Source: an uncultured Methanoregulaceae archaeon
GTDB taxonomy: Archaea; Halobacteriota; Methanomicrobia; Methanomicrobiales; Methanospirillaceae
Direction of reading: 5' to 3'
DNA length: 64,000 nucleotides
NCBI GenBank assembly: GCA_963705255.1
Contig: OY970061.1
Span: 1,536,001 to 1,600,000 of the forward strand
Shown: positions 19,823-30,613 of the stretch, piece by piece
How positions within the stretch are numbered: position 1 is the stretch's first letter
How the letters are laid out: each line of letters begins with the position of its first letter
The notes under the pieces: generated by a model
Told to the model about the DNA's origin: nothing
Seen by the model: only the letters and a program-made list of their open reading frames with translations
The model's database searches: none
Translations under genes and position numbers: made by a program

Positions 19823-21139
19823 TTATGCCGCCCCCTTGAGCTGTCTGAGGCGATCACGGACTTTGATCAGGAACTGCTCGTCGGTGAGCATTCCCTCGGG
19901 GGGCTCAACGACCTTGCGGCAGTCAATCGGTACGTTATCCATACGATAGCAGTTGCCACCGGTCTCGACACCATTGAAGGCCACCGGGACATGGAGTTTT
20001 GATACGCCGGAGGTCGGGGTCAGGTGCGGATCAATACATACAGATGGGACTTTTGCGATCTGTTTGACGGCACTGATCGGGAAATGAGCGCCCGGATCGC
20101 TGCCGATAGTGAACATCGCGTCCACCTCGCCACGTACCAGCAGGTCGATCGAGCTGGTGTCGCCGGGGTTGTAGCGGGCGAAACCGCGGGTGAGGTCAAC
20201 GGAATACGGGAACCCGAACTGCCATGCGAAGACTTCGCCGGAGCCGGTAACATTATAGTGGCCCCGCATCGGCATGATCGAAAATTTCGTATACTCGTTC
20301 AGGTCCTTTGTGACGGCGATTGCCTCGTCAATGTTGTGGTTCTTCCCGAGGGTCTGAGTGACACCCATACCGAAGAAGATGATACCGAACCGGCCGCTTT
20401 TCATCATGTCCGCAGCTTCGCGGATCTTTTCCTTGGGTATACCAGCTACGACATCGGGCAGCCATTCGCCACGGAAAGCGACACGGAGTGCGTTGAGCAG
20501 TTCGTAGTCCTTGCCCTGTTCCACCTGCAAGTGGACGTCCGCCATCTTCGCGGTGTCGGTTGTGCGGGGATCAACGACGATCAGCTTGCGGCTCATCTGT
20601 CCCTTGCCAGTGAAGAACCCGCGGGGGAATATGGAGTACCGGGACATGTGCCGGGGGTGGGCATGTGCCGGGTTGCAGCCCCAGAAGATGATCCGGTCTG
20701 CACGGTTCTTGATCTCCCCAAGGGTACAACTCGGCAGGCCAATATCCTGTACGGCAATGAGGGTTGTGCCATGACAGACTGCCGCGGTATTGTCGCAGCA
20801 GGCACGGGAGATCTCGGCAATCTCGTTGCCGACGCTCTGGGCCTCGCAGTTGGTGGAAGACCAGCCGTACATCAACGGCTTCTTTGCCTTTGCCAGCAGC
20901 TGGGCGGTGTATTCGACTGCCTCGTCATAGCTGATCTCCTTCCACGACCCGTCGGGCTGGTGGAGCCGGGGACGGGTGACACGGTCAGAGGACTGGGAGT
21001 GCAGGAACTTCTCGGTCCCGATCACGCAGGCATTGTAGACTTCCATGAGTTTCTTGCCGTCATCGGAGACGACAACTTCGAGGTCGTCACAGAGTGTCCC
21101 GCAGAACGGGCAGATAACATCGGTTATGGTCTTGGTCAT
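19823..21139 (-). CDS. fwdB: Formylmethanofuran dehydrogenase subunit B (operon 1)
   Basis: CPFCGTLCDD, VCHGTT, WGCNPAHAHPRH, MRGHYNV; start MTKTIT with GGGGTGA SD. Confidence 0.93.
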   Translation of the reverse strand: MTKTITDVICPFCGTLCDDLEVVVSDDGKKLMEVYNACVIGTEKFLHSQSSDRVTRPRLHQPDGSWKEISYDEAVEYTAQLLAKAKKPLMYGWSSTNCEAQSVGNEIAEISRACCDNTAAVCHGTTLIAVQDIGLPSCTLGEIKNRADRIIFWGCNPAHAHPRHMSRYSIFPRGFFTGKGQMSRKLIVVDPRTTDTAKMADVHLQVEQGKDYELLNALRVAFRGEWLPDVVAGIPKEKIREAADMMKSGRFGIIFFGMGVTQTLGKNHNIDEAIAVTKDLNEYTKFSIMPMRGHYNVTGSGEVFAWQFGFPYSVDLTRGFARYNPGDTSSIDLLVRGEVDAMFTIGSDPGAHFPISAVKQIAKVPSVCIDPHLTPTSGVSKLHVPVAFNGVETGGNCYRMDNVPIDCRKVVEPPEGMLTDEQFLIKVRDRLRQLKGAA

Positions 21140-21141
21140 CG

Positions 21142-21543
21142 TTAGTTCACCCCGCACTGTTTCTGTACGAGTTCGATGCCGAGCAGGATCGGTTCGTTGG
21201 CCGCCATCTCGACCGTGACCGCGACACCCTTGAAGGTCGGCATACCGGTAGAGTAGGTGTTGGGGTCGGTGATTGAGTTCGCCCACGGTCCCATCGGAAT
21301 GAAGGCAACGCCAGGGTGCGGTCCCTGGGTAGTCTCGATCGCCTTAACCACAACGTTTCCGTGCGGGCTGGTTACTCTGACATTCGTGTTCTTCCAGACG
21401 CCCAGTCTCTTGAAGTCCGTGGGGTCCAGTTCGATGATTCCGGCGGCAGTCCTGTAGAGGGGCTTCTCCTTGCCGCCCTCGATTGCCACTCCCTGCTGGA
21501 TGGAGCGTCCTGAGATCAGGTTCAGCGTAATCTTGTTTGCCAT
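21142..21543 (-). CDS. fwdD: Formylmethanofuran dehydrogenase subunit D (operon 1)
   Basis: SGRSIQQG, FIPMGPWAN, TGMPTFKG. Confidence 0.92.
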   Translation of the reverse strand: MANKITLNLISGRSIQQGVAIEGGKEKPLYRTAAGIIELDPTDFKRLGVWKNTNVRVTSPHGNVVVKAIETTQGPHPGVAFIPMGPWANSITDPNTYSTGMPTFKGVAVTVEMAANEPILLGIELVQKQCGVN

Positions 21544-21572
21544 AGTTACTCCTCGTCTCCTAACAGTGAGCC

Positions 21573-21837
21573 TCAGGCCTCTGACGGTACGATATTCTCT
21601 CCCCTACCGGAGAGACGGATCACGTCATAGGGGCAGGCATTGACACACACGCCGCAGCCCGCACAGAGTTCCGCCTTCACGTCAAGGTGAACGGACTTAC
21701 CGTTCCTCACCGCGTAAATCTTTTCCTTCGTTACCGGGTCCACGGTATGCAGTTCAAGTGCATCGACCGGACATGCGATGACGCAGTTGCCACAACCGGT
21801 GCATCGCTCCATGTTTACATGTACCTGAGAACGCCAT
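21573..21837 (-). CDS. fwdG: 2[4Fe-4S] ferredoxin, FwdG-like (operon 1; frameshift near 21825)
   Basis: CTGCGNCVIACP and CAGCGVCVNACP; removing one base restores MAFSVHVNMERC. Confidence 0.8.
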
Positions 21838-22193
21838 GCGTATCACACACACATTGTCGTCGATAGTTTCAATGTTGCCCGCTAAGTTAGTTAAAGATTT
21901 CCAAATTTACAATAGGTTAACCATGTTTATTAAATCATAAAGAGAAATTATTTAAGATATGCTTTACTTCCGTCGGTGTTTTTTCTGTGATCTTCCATGA
22001 ATTTCTGTGCTTGGGATCATAAAATATATATTTCCGGAAATTCCGGGAGATCCAAGTTTCTCTTGGAGTATATCAGATTGCATGTACTCGTAGCACTCAA
22101 TAACATACTGTGTTTTACTGCGCGGTGAACAGCAGATTTGCGTTGGTGCAATTTATCCATCCGGGCACACGCGCAACTTCAGTCAATGCAATC

Positions 22194-24049
22194 CTACGGA
22201 ACGGATCTCATTTCACCGGTTTTTGTGGTATCGTATCCGCCAAGGCGTACCAGTATTTCCCGGAATTCCGGTGACCGGATCATGTCAATAAGTGGCATTA
22301 TCCGGGGATCCCCGGTATGTTCCCGCCGGATGGCAAGCTCGTACCGCTCGCGGCCTACCGGAACAAATGGTAGGCCGAGGGCTTTTGCCGCACTGAGCAC
22401 GCACATACCTGCGTCAGCCTCTTCACTTTTTACCGCAAGGGCAACGGCGATATGGGTGGTCACTTCCCGCTCGTAACCCGGGAGAGAGGCCGGATCGATC
22501 CCCGCTTTCTTCAGCTCATAGTCGAGGAGCATCCGTGTCCCTGACCCTTTCTGGCGGTTAATGAAGATCTTTCCCGGAAGATCGGAAAAGATGAGGCCAG
22601 TACGGGAGACGATTCCCTGCTCCCGCTCGGCAACGCAGAGGAGTTCGCACTCAGTGCCGGGAAGGTATTTCTGCAGGAACATGGTGTTGTAACTCCCGTC
22701 CGGTGCAAGGAGGTGGGTCGGAGCAGCGTGACACTGGTCTTTTTTTAAGGCAAGGATCCCGCCCATGCTTCCGGCATGCGTTGAGATGAGCGGGATACCC
22801 CTCCGCCCGAGCAGGTCGGCAAGATAATCCAGCACAGGATCATGGCTCCCGGTCAGGAGGAGGACTGCCTCCGCTTCGCACAACGGCACCATCAGCTGTG
22901 CATCCACCGGATCGCCTTCCTCGTACCCTTCCGAGTCCCGGGGGATGCGGATCAGGGCATTTGCCCGGACACCACTCATCTGGACACCGGCGCCTTTTGA
23001 CTGGGGAGAGACCACCCAGCGGGATCCGACCCGGCCCAGCGAGCAGAGCACAAACTCATCCGAGCCGATATCTTTTGCAACTGCCGTGGTGATCGCTGCC
23101 CTGACAATTTCCGGCTCCGGCACTGCGAGGCCATAGTTCCGGAGGAACGGGACGATGATCTCCCGGATGACGGTCAGGGCCGAGAGGGGGTAGCCCGGCA
23201 TCCCGAAAACCGGTTTCTTCCCGATCCTGCCGATGATGGCGGGTTTCCCGGGCTTGATCGCGATCCCGTGGACGAGCACGTTACCCAGCTCCGCGATAAC
23301 GTCGGCAGTGAAGTCGCGGGTACCGGCAGAGGATCCCGCTGATATGACCACGAGGTCGTTCTCCGCCACTGCCCGTTCGACCGCGGCACGGATCCGGGCC
23401 GGATCGTCCTCTATGAAAGGGTACCGTGTGCACCGGGCCCCGGCCTCCTCCAGCATGGCTTGTGCCATGAGCGTGTTGCTCTCGACAACCTGCCCGGTGC
23501 CGGCCGGGTGCCGCTGGGGACCAGTTCACTCCCCGTGGGGATCAGCCCTGCCCGGACAGTCCGCACGGCAAGGTGAGTGATGCCGTAGGCAGCGAGCGCC
23601 CCGGTCTCATGGGATCGTATCCTGTGGCCGGCAGGCACGATCATCTCCGACTCGGCCAGATCCTCGCCGGCAGGACGGATATACTGCCAGGGAGGGGCCG
23701 ATTTCCGGATGGTGAACCGATCACCCTTCGGCCAGACATCCTCGATCATGATCACCGCATCGAATCCCGTGGGCACAATATTTCCGGTATTCACCCGCTG
23801 AGCATTCCCCAGGGTGACGGGGTGCTGTTCGGACGCACCCCGTGTCTCCTGGCTTGAGACTGCGATCCCGTCCATGGCTGCCAGATGGATCTCCGGAACG
23901 GAATATCTGCTGAATATTGGTTCAGCGGTGATCCTGCCAGTTGCGGATTCTAGGGAAACCTGTTCTGTTGAAGCCACGTACGCAAATTCGCGGGAGAGCA
24001 ATGCGGAGACATCATCAAAGGTCATAACCTCGAGGTAGCGCTTCACCAC
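22194..24049 (-). CDS. moeA: Molybdopterin metallotransferase MoeA fused to PBP/LysR-type domain (frameshift near 23493)
   Basis: AAMDGIAV, IPTGSEL, SAGSSAGTRD, IKPGKP, PGYPLS; C-terminal GSHD, NRQKGSGTR, GYEREVTTH. Confidence 0.9.
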
Positions 24050-25251
24050 AGGATTACCTCTACCGATGTTCCCTTTTCCAGGCCTTCGCACCCGGAAGGG
24101 ATCCGGACGAGGCCGTCGCTTTTTACCAGCGTGTTCAGGAGGCCGGCCTTGCCGAAGAGCGGGCTCGCAACCCCGTTGTCGATCCGGACACGGATATATT
24201 CCTCACGTCCTTTCTGGGAGGGGATGCTTTCGCCCAGCACAGCACCGGTGGCGCGGAACACTGGCTTCTTCAGGCCGAGCATCCGGTCAAGAAGGTGGCG
24301 GACGACCACTATGAGAACCACAAATGCTGATGCCGGGTGACCGGGCAGACCGATGACCGGCTTCCCCTCGATCCTGCCGATAATGGTTGGTTTTCCGGGC
24401 GCGATCGCAATCCCGTGGACAAGCACCTCTCCCCTGGCAGCGATGACTCCTGCTGTCATGTCCCGGTCATCCTTGGAACTCCCTCCCGAGAGGAGAACCA
24501 CGTCGCATTCCCTGATTGCCCGGCTGGTCATTGTTTCAAAAACTTCCCGTTCATCGCACACGATCCCGTAGAGCCGTGGCTCGCAGCCGTACTCCACGAG
24601 ATACGCGGCGAGCATGGAGGCATTCGCGTCCCTGACCTGTCCCGGCCCAGGCCGGGCGTTTGCAGGTACCAGTTCGTTGCCAGTTGAAATGATGCCGACT
24701 ACCGGCTTTTTCGCAACCGTGACTTCCGTACAGCCGACTGCCGCAAGCACTCCCGCATCCTGCGGAGTGAGTTTTCTCCCGGCAGCAAGCACGATCTCCC
24801 CCTTCCTGAAGTCATCATCATGCATCAGGAGATTTTCTCCGTGGGAGACCGGCCGTTTCACGAGCACGGTGTCAGCGGTCTCTTCGGTGTGCTCCACCAT
24901 GACTACCGCATCGGCACCTGCCGGAAGGACCCCCCCGGTCGGGATATAGACAGACGTCCCCTGCGTGACCGTAAGGTGGGGATCAGGAAAGCCCATGACA
25001 ACCCTGCCGGTGCACTGGAGGAGGGCGGGGATTGCATCGCTAGATCCGACCGTATCTCCTGAACGGACCGCGTATCCGTCAACAACGGACCGGTCAAAAC
25101 CAGGAATGTCCATATCTGAAGGCACATCAACTGCCAGTACGCGTCCCGTAGCAGATCCGCCCGGTATCTTCTCCGGAACCGGTGCCGGGGCTATACTTGC
25201 AGCCACCGCCACGGCATCCTCGACCGCAACCACATGGAGGAACCTGCTCAT
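24043..25251 (-). CDS. moeA: Molybdopterin metallotransferase MoeA (single-domain)
   Basis: RSVVDGYAV, TGGVLPAGADAVVMVE, STGNEL, SGGSS, PGKP, LPGHP. Confidence 0.92.
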   Translation of the reverse strand: MSRFLHVVAVEDAVAVAASIAPAPVPEKIPGGSATGRVLAVDVPSDMDIPGFDRSVVDGYAVRSGDTVGSSDAIPALLQCTGRVVMGFPDPHLTVTQGTSVYIPTGGVLPAGADAVVMVEHTEETADTVLVKRPVSHGENLLMHDDDFRKGEIVLAAGRKLTPQDAGVLAAVGCTEVTVAKKPVVGIISTGNELVPANARPGPGQVRDANASMLAAYLVEYGCEPRLYGIVCDEREVFETMTSRAIRECDVVLLSGGSSKDDRDMTAGVIAARGEVLVHGIAIAPGKPTIIGRIEGKPVIGLPGHPASAFVVLIVVVRHLLDRMLGLKKPVFRATGAVLGESIPSQKGREEYIRVRIDNGVASPLFGKAGLLNTLVKSDGLVRIPSGCEGLEKGTSVEVILW

Positions 25252-25449
25252 CCGAAACAGCCCGGTTGGCAACCGCAGATCAGGGTCTTTTTGATCGTCT
25301 CTTCGCCCATGGTTATCCTTGTTTGGTATACTTCCTTATTGGGTTTACCTCTTGCGGATCCGGGCAGTCCCAAAGGCGCATGATCCGGGGGATCGGAGGG
25401 ATACGGCATCATATAAGGTTTTCACCCGGAAAAGAAGTATGTACCACTG

Positions 25450-25677
25450 ATGCGGATGAAGAGGCTTGACATCACCGGGAAGACCGGCCCGTACTGCCTG
25501 CATGTCGTTGAGAGAGAAGCAAAGGCTTTAAAGCCATCCGATGAATTAATCATTACCTGCGATAATAACCCCGCTGCCACGACGTTTATTCCAAGGCTGG
25601 CCCACGACAATGGGATGGCACTGGATCTGCGGAAACTGTCTTCGGGCACGTGGGAGATCAGGATAACACGGAAATAA
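25450..25677 (+). CDS. tusA: TusA/SirA-family sulfur carrier with atypical GPYC motif
   Basis: LDITGKTGPYC...ELIITCDN...IP...WEIRITRK. Confidence 0.72.
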   Translation: MRMKRLDITGKTGPYCLHVVEREAKALKPSDELIITCDNNPAATTFIPRLAHDNGMALDLRKLSSGTWEIRITRK

Positions 25678-25702
25678 TTCCTCCCGGAGGGCCCGGTGCA
25701 CC

Positions 25703-26950
25703 ATGACCACGCATTTTTTCCTTCTCTCGACACCGGTATCCACCGAGCGGCTCTCGTGGATCGAGGAGAGCCTCAAGTTCTTTTTTGTCCAGCTCTATCC
25801 AGAGACGCTGATGCACCGGGGAAAAACGGAGAGCCCGGTATTCATGTTCATTCTCACGGGCGACGCCCTGTACAGTCTTGAAGACCCGGAGGCACAGCAG
25901 GTCTGGTCCGTTATTCTCTCCCTGACTTCCGTGAAAATCCTGTGCGACCGTCGGGAACTTGAACTCCGCGGCATATCGATCGAGCGGCTCCGGATGAAAT
26001 ATCCCGACCAGCTGATCGACCAGAACGGCCTCGGCCTGGATGGCCAGCCCTCGTTCTGGAAGGATGTTGCCGATCTCATCCGCCAGAACCGGCCACCGCT
26101 CCCGGACTCGGTGGGATGGCTCCAGTCGGAGTCCCCGTACATGCACCGCTCAGCCTGGTATGGTGTCCAGTGCCTCTCGGCCGCACTCGAATCCCGCATG
26201 TCCGTTGAACTGTACGCGTACCTCGACGGCATCCATATCGGCCATGTCGGACAGAATCCTACGGAGCAGGAAAATATCGGGCGCATCATTGAGGAAGTCC
26301 ACGAACGGGCCGGCAGGCAGGACCTCCAGAGCACGATCCTCGGGTGCAACCGGTGTGCAACGGCCCGGGGATACAGTACCTGGGATGACGGGCAGGGGGT
26401 CATCATCTCCACCTGCGCTATCAAGCCTTTCAGGATACGGGACATGAGTGTAATGATCGACAGGTTCGGGCAGAATCACATCATCCTTGCGGACAATGCC
26501 GGGTCCATCCAGCTCCCGAAGAGAGGGCCGGCAATCTCCTTCGATCGCGCGGAGAAGAGCAGCACTGCACCCCCGGTCACGATACTCGTCACAAAAATCC
26601 CGTACAGCACGGAGCACGCCTTTGGCGCGGTCTCGTTTGCGGTTGCCTGTGCACACCAGGGCATCCTCACGAGGGTCATCTTCATGGAAGACGGGGTCTA
26701 TGCCCTTGCCGGGAACCACAAGGCTGCCCCGGATTCGGTGCCCTTTAATTTACAGGACGTGATCAACACGGTGGCCGGCAGCGAGAACCTTCACTTTTTT
26801 GCTCTCACGCCTTCATTCCAGAAAAGGGGTGTCACCAAGAGCAAGACGCTGAACGCGGTCCTCGATATCGGGTTCCCGGGACTGGGTAAGATCTTTTTCT
26901 ATCCGCCGGCCAATGTCCGGGCCGACCACCAGAGGATCCTGTTCTTCTGA
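25703..26950 (+). CDS. Triple DsrE-superfamily fusion (TusB/DsrH-TusD/DsrE-TusC/DsrF-like)
   Basis: Domain 1 LTGDALY...ELELRGI; domain 2 SPY...YLDGIH...GCNRCATARG; domain 3 KIPYSTEHA...FMEDGVYAL...SFQKRGV. Confidence 0.75.
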   Translation: MTTHFFLLSTPVSTERLSWIEESLKFFFVQLYPETLMHRGKTESPVFMFILTGDALYSLEDPEAQQVWSVILSLTSVKILCDRRELELRGISIERLRMKYPDQLIDQNGLGLDGQPSFWKDVADLIRQNRPPLPDSVGWLQSESPYMHRSAWYGVQCLSAALESRMSVELYAYLDGIHIGHVGQNPTEQENIGRIIEEVHERAGRQDLQSTILGCNRCATARGYSTWDDGQGVIISTCAIKPFRIRDMSVMIDRFGQNHIILADNAGSIQLPKRGPAISFDRAEKSSTAPPVTILVTKIPYSTEHAFGAVSFAVACAHQGILTRVIFMEDGVYALAGNHKAAPDSVPFNLQDVINTVAGSENLHFFALTPSFQKRGVTKSKTLNAVLDIGFPGLGKIFFYPPANVRADHQRILFF

Positions 26951-27275
26951 TGGGGCTTGTGAGCCCGACACGAACGCGGAGCAATAATTTGGCTCACTTT
27001 ACATCAAACAAATTTTTTCAATCGCGTTTTGATGAGAAAACGTAATCAAAATCTGCTGAAATTTTGGTCGCGAGATAGTATACCCTATCACTCTTGGGAA
27101 AAAATCGCAGGTGCCTGTAGCGTTCCCGTTTTTCTTACGCAACCCTTGGATCCACCAGAAGAAGCACCGATGCCGGGTGGTTCCAGTTCAGATACCCGAT
27201 AGTGGTTCTCAGAGTGTCTGAACGAAAATTGTAAGGAAAAATCTTCAGTTAAGAACCTGAATTCCTGAACAGAGT

Positions 27276-28165
27276 CTAACAATCGTCTGGAATAGTACTT
27301 TTTTCTGATAAAACGACCGAGCCGTGTACTGGAAGAACGCCCCAGAGATTTCCTTTCAGCTTGCCGTCTAGGTGGACGTTTATACCGGATGAGGCATTCC
27401 GGGGAGCCTCGAGGATAAGGGAAAAAACTGCCAGCTTCTCTTTCCCTGGAAATTCGATATCCTGTGGTGGCATCGGCGGATATATCTCCCAGTACAACTC
27501 GTGCCCGTTTTTACGCATGCCCTCGTATTCAAGCAGCTCGCAGGGAGGTATATCGAGCGTGTACCCGGTTTTTTTGCTGTAGGTACCGCTTATTTTCTCT
27601 CCCGGGCCGACCAGGAATTCGAACCGGTTTTCCAGGTCATGAGCGCAAACCGGTATCCCCTTCAACGCAGGTACGCTGAAATCCAGGGCCGGGGAAATGG
27701 AGATCCGATTTCCACCGGTTTCAATTATCCCGGTGATGGTATCCTTCCCTTTTGGGGAATAGTCGAGAATTGTTATCTCACGGGAGGAATCAACGGTTAC
27801 GACTGCATTGATGAAACGGGTAGTGGATGGATCCCCTATCCGTAAACTGGCGGTGATTACAAGGGTGTAAAAATCATCGTTGCGCCGGTTCACTTCCCGG
27901 TCAGGGTTTTCGCTGAGAATTCTGGTTATTTCTTCATCGGGGGTCCGGGCTGATATTTTTGTCAGGTAGACCACGGCATTCGGCCGCCCCCTTCAACCCC
28001 CTGCAGAGTGACCGCGGGTTGTGAAGGAGAGGCGCACGATTCATCACCTGTAATTTTCCCGGGACCGGGCAGGTATGCGTCTTTCATCATTCTCGCAGAC
28101 CACAATCCTATTTCAGACCGTAATGCTACTTCAACGGATTCGACTGAAACGTCAATATATGCCAT
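27276..28165 (-). CDS. Hypothetical protein (probably one gene split by a homopolymer frameshift near 27989)
   Basis: The 67-aa and 232-aa ORFs join in frame if one G is added to a G5 run. Confidence 0.5.
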
Positions 28166-28542
28166 GATCGGTCCTCACTATCACTTTCAATAATGGATTT
28201 ATAAAGCGTTGTGGTAATATCAGGTACTGGAACGAATTGCGGACGTTCATTGAATCTACAGAGGAGTTTGTTCTGGCAAGCGTCCGGAACCATCTCTTCA
28301 CGATCTGAAGCATCCCGGAAACCGATCCCGATGATCGTAGAAGTTCTCCTTTTTATGTCATATTTTCATTCGATTGCTTCAGGAGAAATTACCAGCTGCT
28401 CCCCATTTCTCTCGTGAGTCAACCATCTTGAAAATTTTGAAAAATATGTTAACTGATATGCATTAATGCAACTGTAATTTAACAATGTTTATTTACAATT
28501 CAAAAAATAATTGATAGTTAACACAATTTAGTTGTGATGTGC

Positions 28543-28807
28543 ATGGCGTTTTCAGGTACATGTAAACATGAACCGTTGTACCGGGTGCGGAAACTGCGTG
28601 GTTTCCTGCCCGGTCAATGCCCTCGAGCTCTACACGCTCGACCCCGTGACGAAAGAGAAGATCTACCATGTCAAGGACGGGAAATCCATCAGCCTTGACG
28701 TGAAGATGGAACTCTGCGCAGGATGCGGCGTCTGTGTCGGGGCTTGCCCGTACGAAGTGATCTCCCTCTCCGGAAGGGGTGAAACCGGCGCTATGGCGCT
28801 CATGTAA
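28543..28807 (+). CDS. fwdG: 2[4Fe-4S] ferredoxin, FwdG-like (operon 2; frameshift near 28555)
   Basis: CTGCGNCVVSCP and CAGCGVCVGACP; removing one G restores MAFSVHVNMNRC. Confidence 0.8.
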
Positions 28808-28821
28808 TAGGGGGATGGACC

Positions 28822-29232
28822 ATGGCAAAAATTACCCTGAACATGATCACCCAGCGTTCGATCGAGGAAGGAGCAGCGATGGAAAAGGGCAAGACCAACC
28901 CTGACTACTTCGACGCCTGCTCGATCTGCGAGATAAACCCCGAGGACATGAAGAAACTCGGCATCTGGAGGAACACCAATGTGCGGGTGACGAGCGAATG
29001 CGGCAGCGTTATCGTGAAAGCGATCGAGCCAACCCAGTTCTGTCCGCCCGGCCTCGCCCATATCCGGCAGGGAGTCTGGGCAAACCAGGTCGTCCCGCCG
29101 CGGACCCAGTCGACCGGCACTCCCCAGTACAGCGGGTTTCCGGTGACCATCGAACCGGCCATGACAGAAAAATTAAAATCCGCCCTTGAGCTGGTACAGG
29201 GCTCGGTAGGGCTCTGGAAAGGAGGGAAGTAA
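28822..29232 (+). CDS. fwdD: Formylmethanofuran dehydrogenase subunit D (operon 2)
   Basis: TQRSIEEG, NTNVRVTS, GVWAN, STGTPQYSG; paralog of 21142..21543. Confidence 0.9.
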   Translation: MAKITLNMITQRSIEEGAAMEKGKTNPDYFDACSICEINPEDMKKLGIWRNTNVRVTSECGSVIVKAIEPTQFCPPGLAHIRQGVWANQVVPPRTQSTGTPQYSGFPVTIEPAMTEKLKSALELVQGSVGLWKGGK

Positions 29233-29233
29233 G

Positions 29234-30611
29234 ATGCCAAAACTGATAAAAGGTGTCGGGTGCCCGTACTGCGGTTCATCCTGCGATGACGTCGAAGTCC
29301 TTGTCTCGGACGATGAGACCAAGATCCTCGAAGTCCACAATGCGTGTATCATCGGGACCAACCTCTTCCACCACGCAAACGATCCCACACGCCCGAAGCT
29401 CCCGCGGATGCGCCAGCCGGACGGCTCGATGAAGGAGATCAGCTACGATGAGGCGGTCGACTACTTCGCAAAGACCCTCCTTGCGGCCAAGAAGCCCCTT
29501 ATCTATGGCTTCGGCTCTACCAACTGCGAGGGCATGAGCGCCGTCGCCCGGATTGCCGAGAAGGCTGGTGCCGTCCTCGACAACTGCGCAACCATCTGCC
29601 ACGGACCGTCGTTCCTTGCCATGTTCGACAACGGTTACCCGAGCTGCACCCTCGGGGAAGTCAAGAACCGTGCCGATGTCGTGGTCTTCTGGGGCTGCAA
29701 CCCGATGCACGCCCACCCCCGCCACACCTCCCGGTACTCGATCTTCCCCCGCGGCTTCTTTACCCAGAAAGGCCAGATGCAGCGGACCATCCTCTCTATC
29801 GACCCGCGCGAGACCGATACCGCAAAACTTGCCGACCACCACCTGATGCTCGACCAGGGCCATGACTACGAGCTCTTCGATGCCTTCCGGACCGTGCTCC
29901 GGGGCTTCGACATCCCTGAGAAGGTTGCAGGTATCCCGAGAGAGAAGATCAAGGAGGCGGTCGAGATCATGAAGAACGCAAAGTTCTGCATGATCTTCTT
30001 CGGCATGGGCTGCACCCATACGGACGGCCGCAACCACAACATCGATGCCGCTATCAGCCTGACCCGCGACCTCAACACCCACACCAAGTGCTCGATCATG
30101 GCGATGCGGGGCCACTACAACATCACCGGTCCCGGCCAGGTCTGGTCCTGGCAGTTCGGGTTCCCGTACCTGTATCGACCTCTCGAAGGGCACCCACGCC
30201 CACATGAACCCGGGCGAGACGAGCTCGATCGATCTTGCGATGCGCGACGAAGTGGACTGCTTTGTCAATGTCGGCACCGATGCGGGAGCCCACTTCCCCA
30301 TCCAGGCTGTCCAGCACTTAAAGAAGCACCCGTTCATCACGGTCGACCCGAACTTCTGCATGGCAAGTGAGATCGCGGACCTCCATATCCCGGTCAGGAT
30401 TGCCGGTGTGGACGAGCCGGGAGTTGTTTATCGCATGGACAATGTCCCGATACAGTTCCGGTCGGTCATCAAGGGCCTGCCGGGCGTCCCGAGCGACGAG
30501 GAACTCTTCGACCGCGTGTACGAGCGGATGTGCGAACTGACCAAGACTGAGCCGATCTGGCTCGCAGCAAAGGCAGACCGGAAATACCCCCAGAACCCGG
30601 CGGTGAGCTGA
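29234..30611 (+). CDS. fwdB: Formylmethanofuran dehydrogenase subunit B (operon 2; frameshift near 30170)
   Basis: CPYCGSSCDD, ICHGPS, WGCNPMHAHPRH, MRGHYNI, YRMDNVP. Confidence 0.92.
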
Positions 30612-30613
30612 GA

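Noticed and set aside
18567-21145. Long antisense ORFs (416 and 373 aa; likewise 32364-33347, 36558-37862, 47851-49053, 54298-55554)
   Set aside because: Shadow frames of strongly codon-biased genes, with no recognisable motifs
21140-21286. N-terminal extension of FwdB1 in the ORF track
   Set aside because: Overlaps fwdD; the SD and the paralog place the start at 21139
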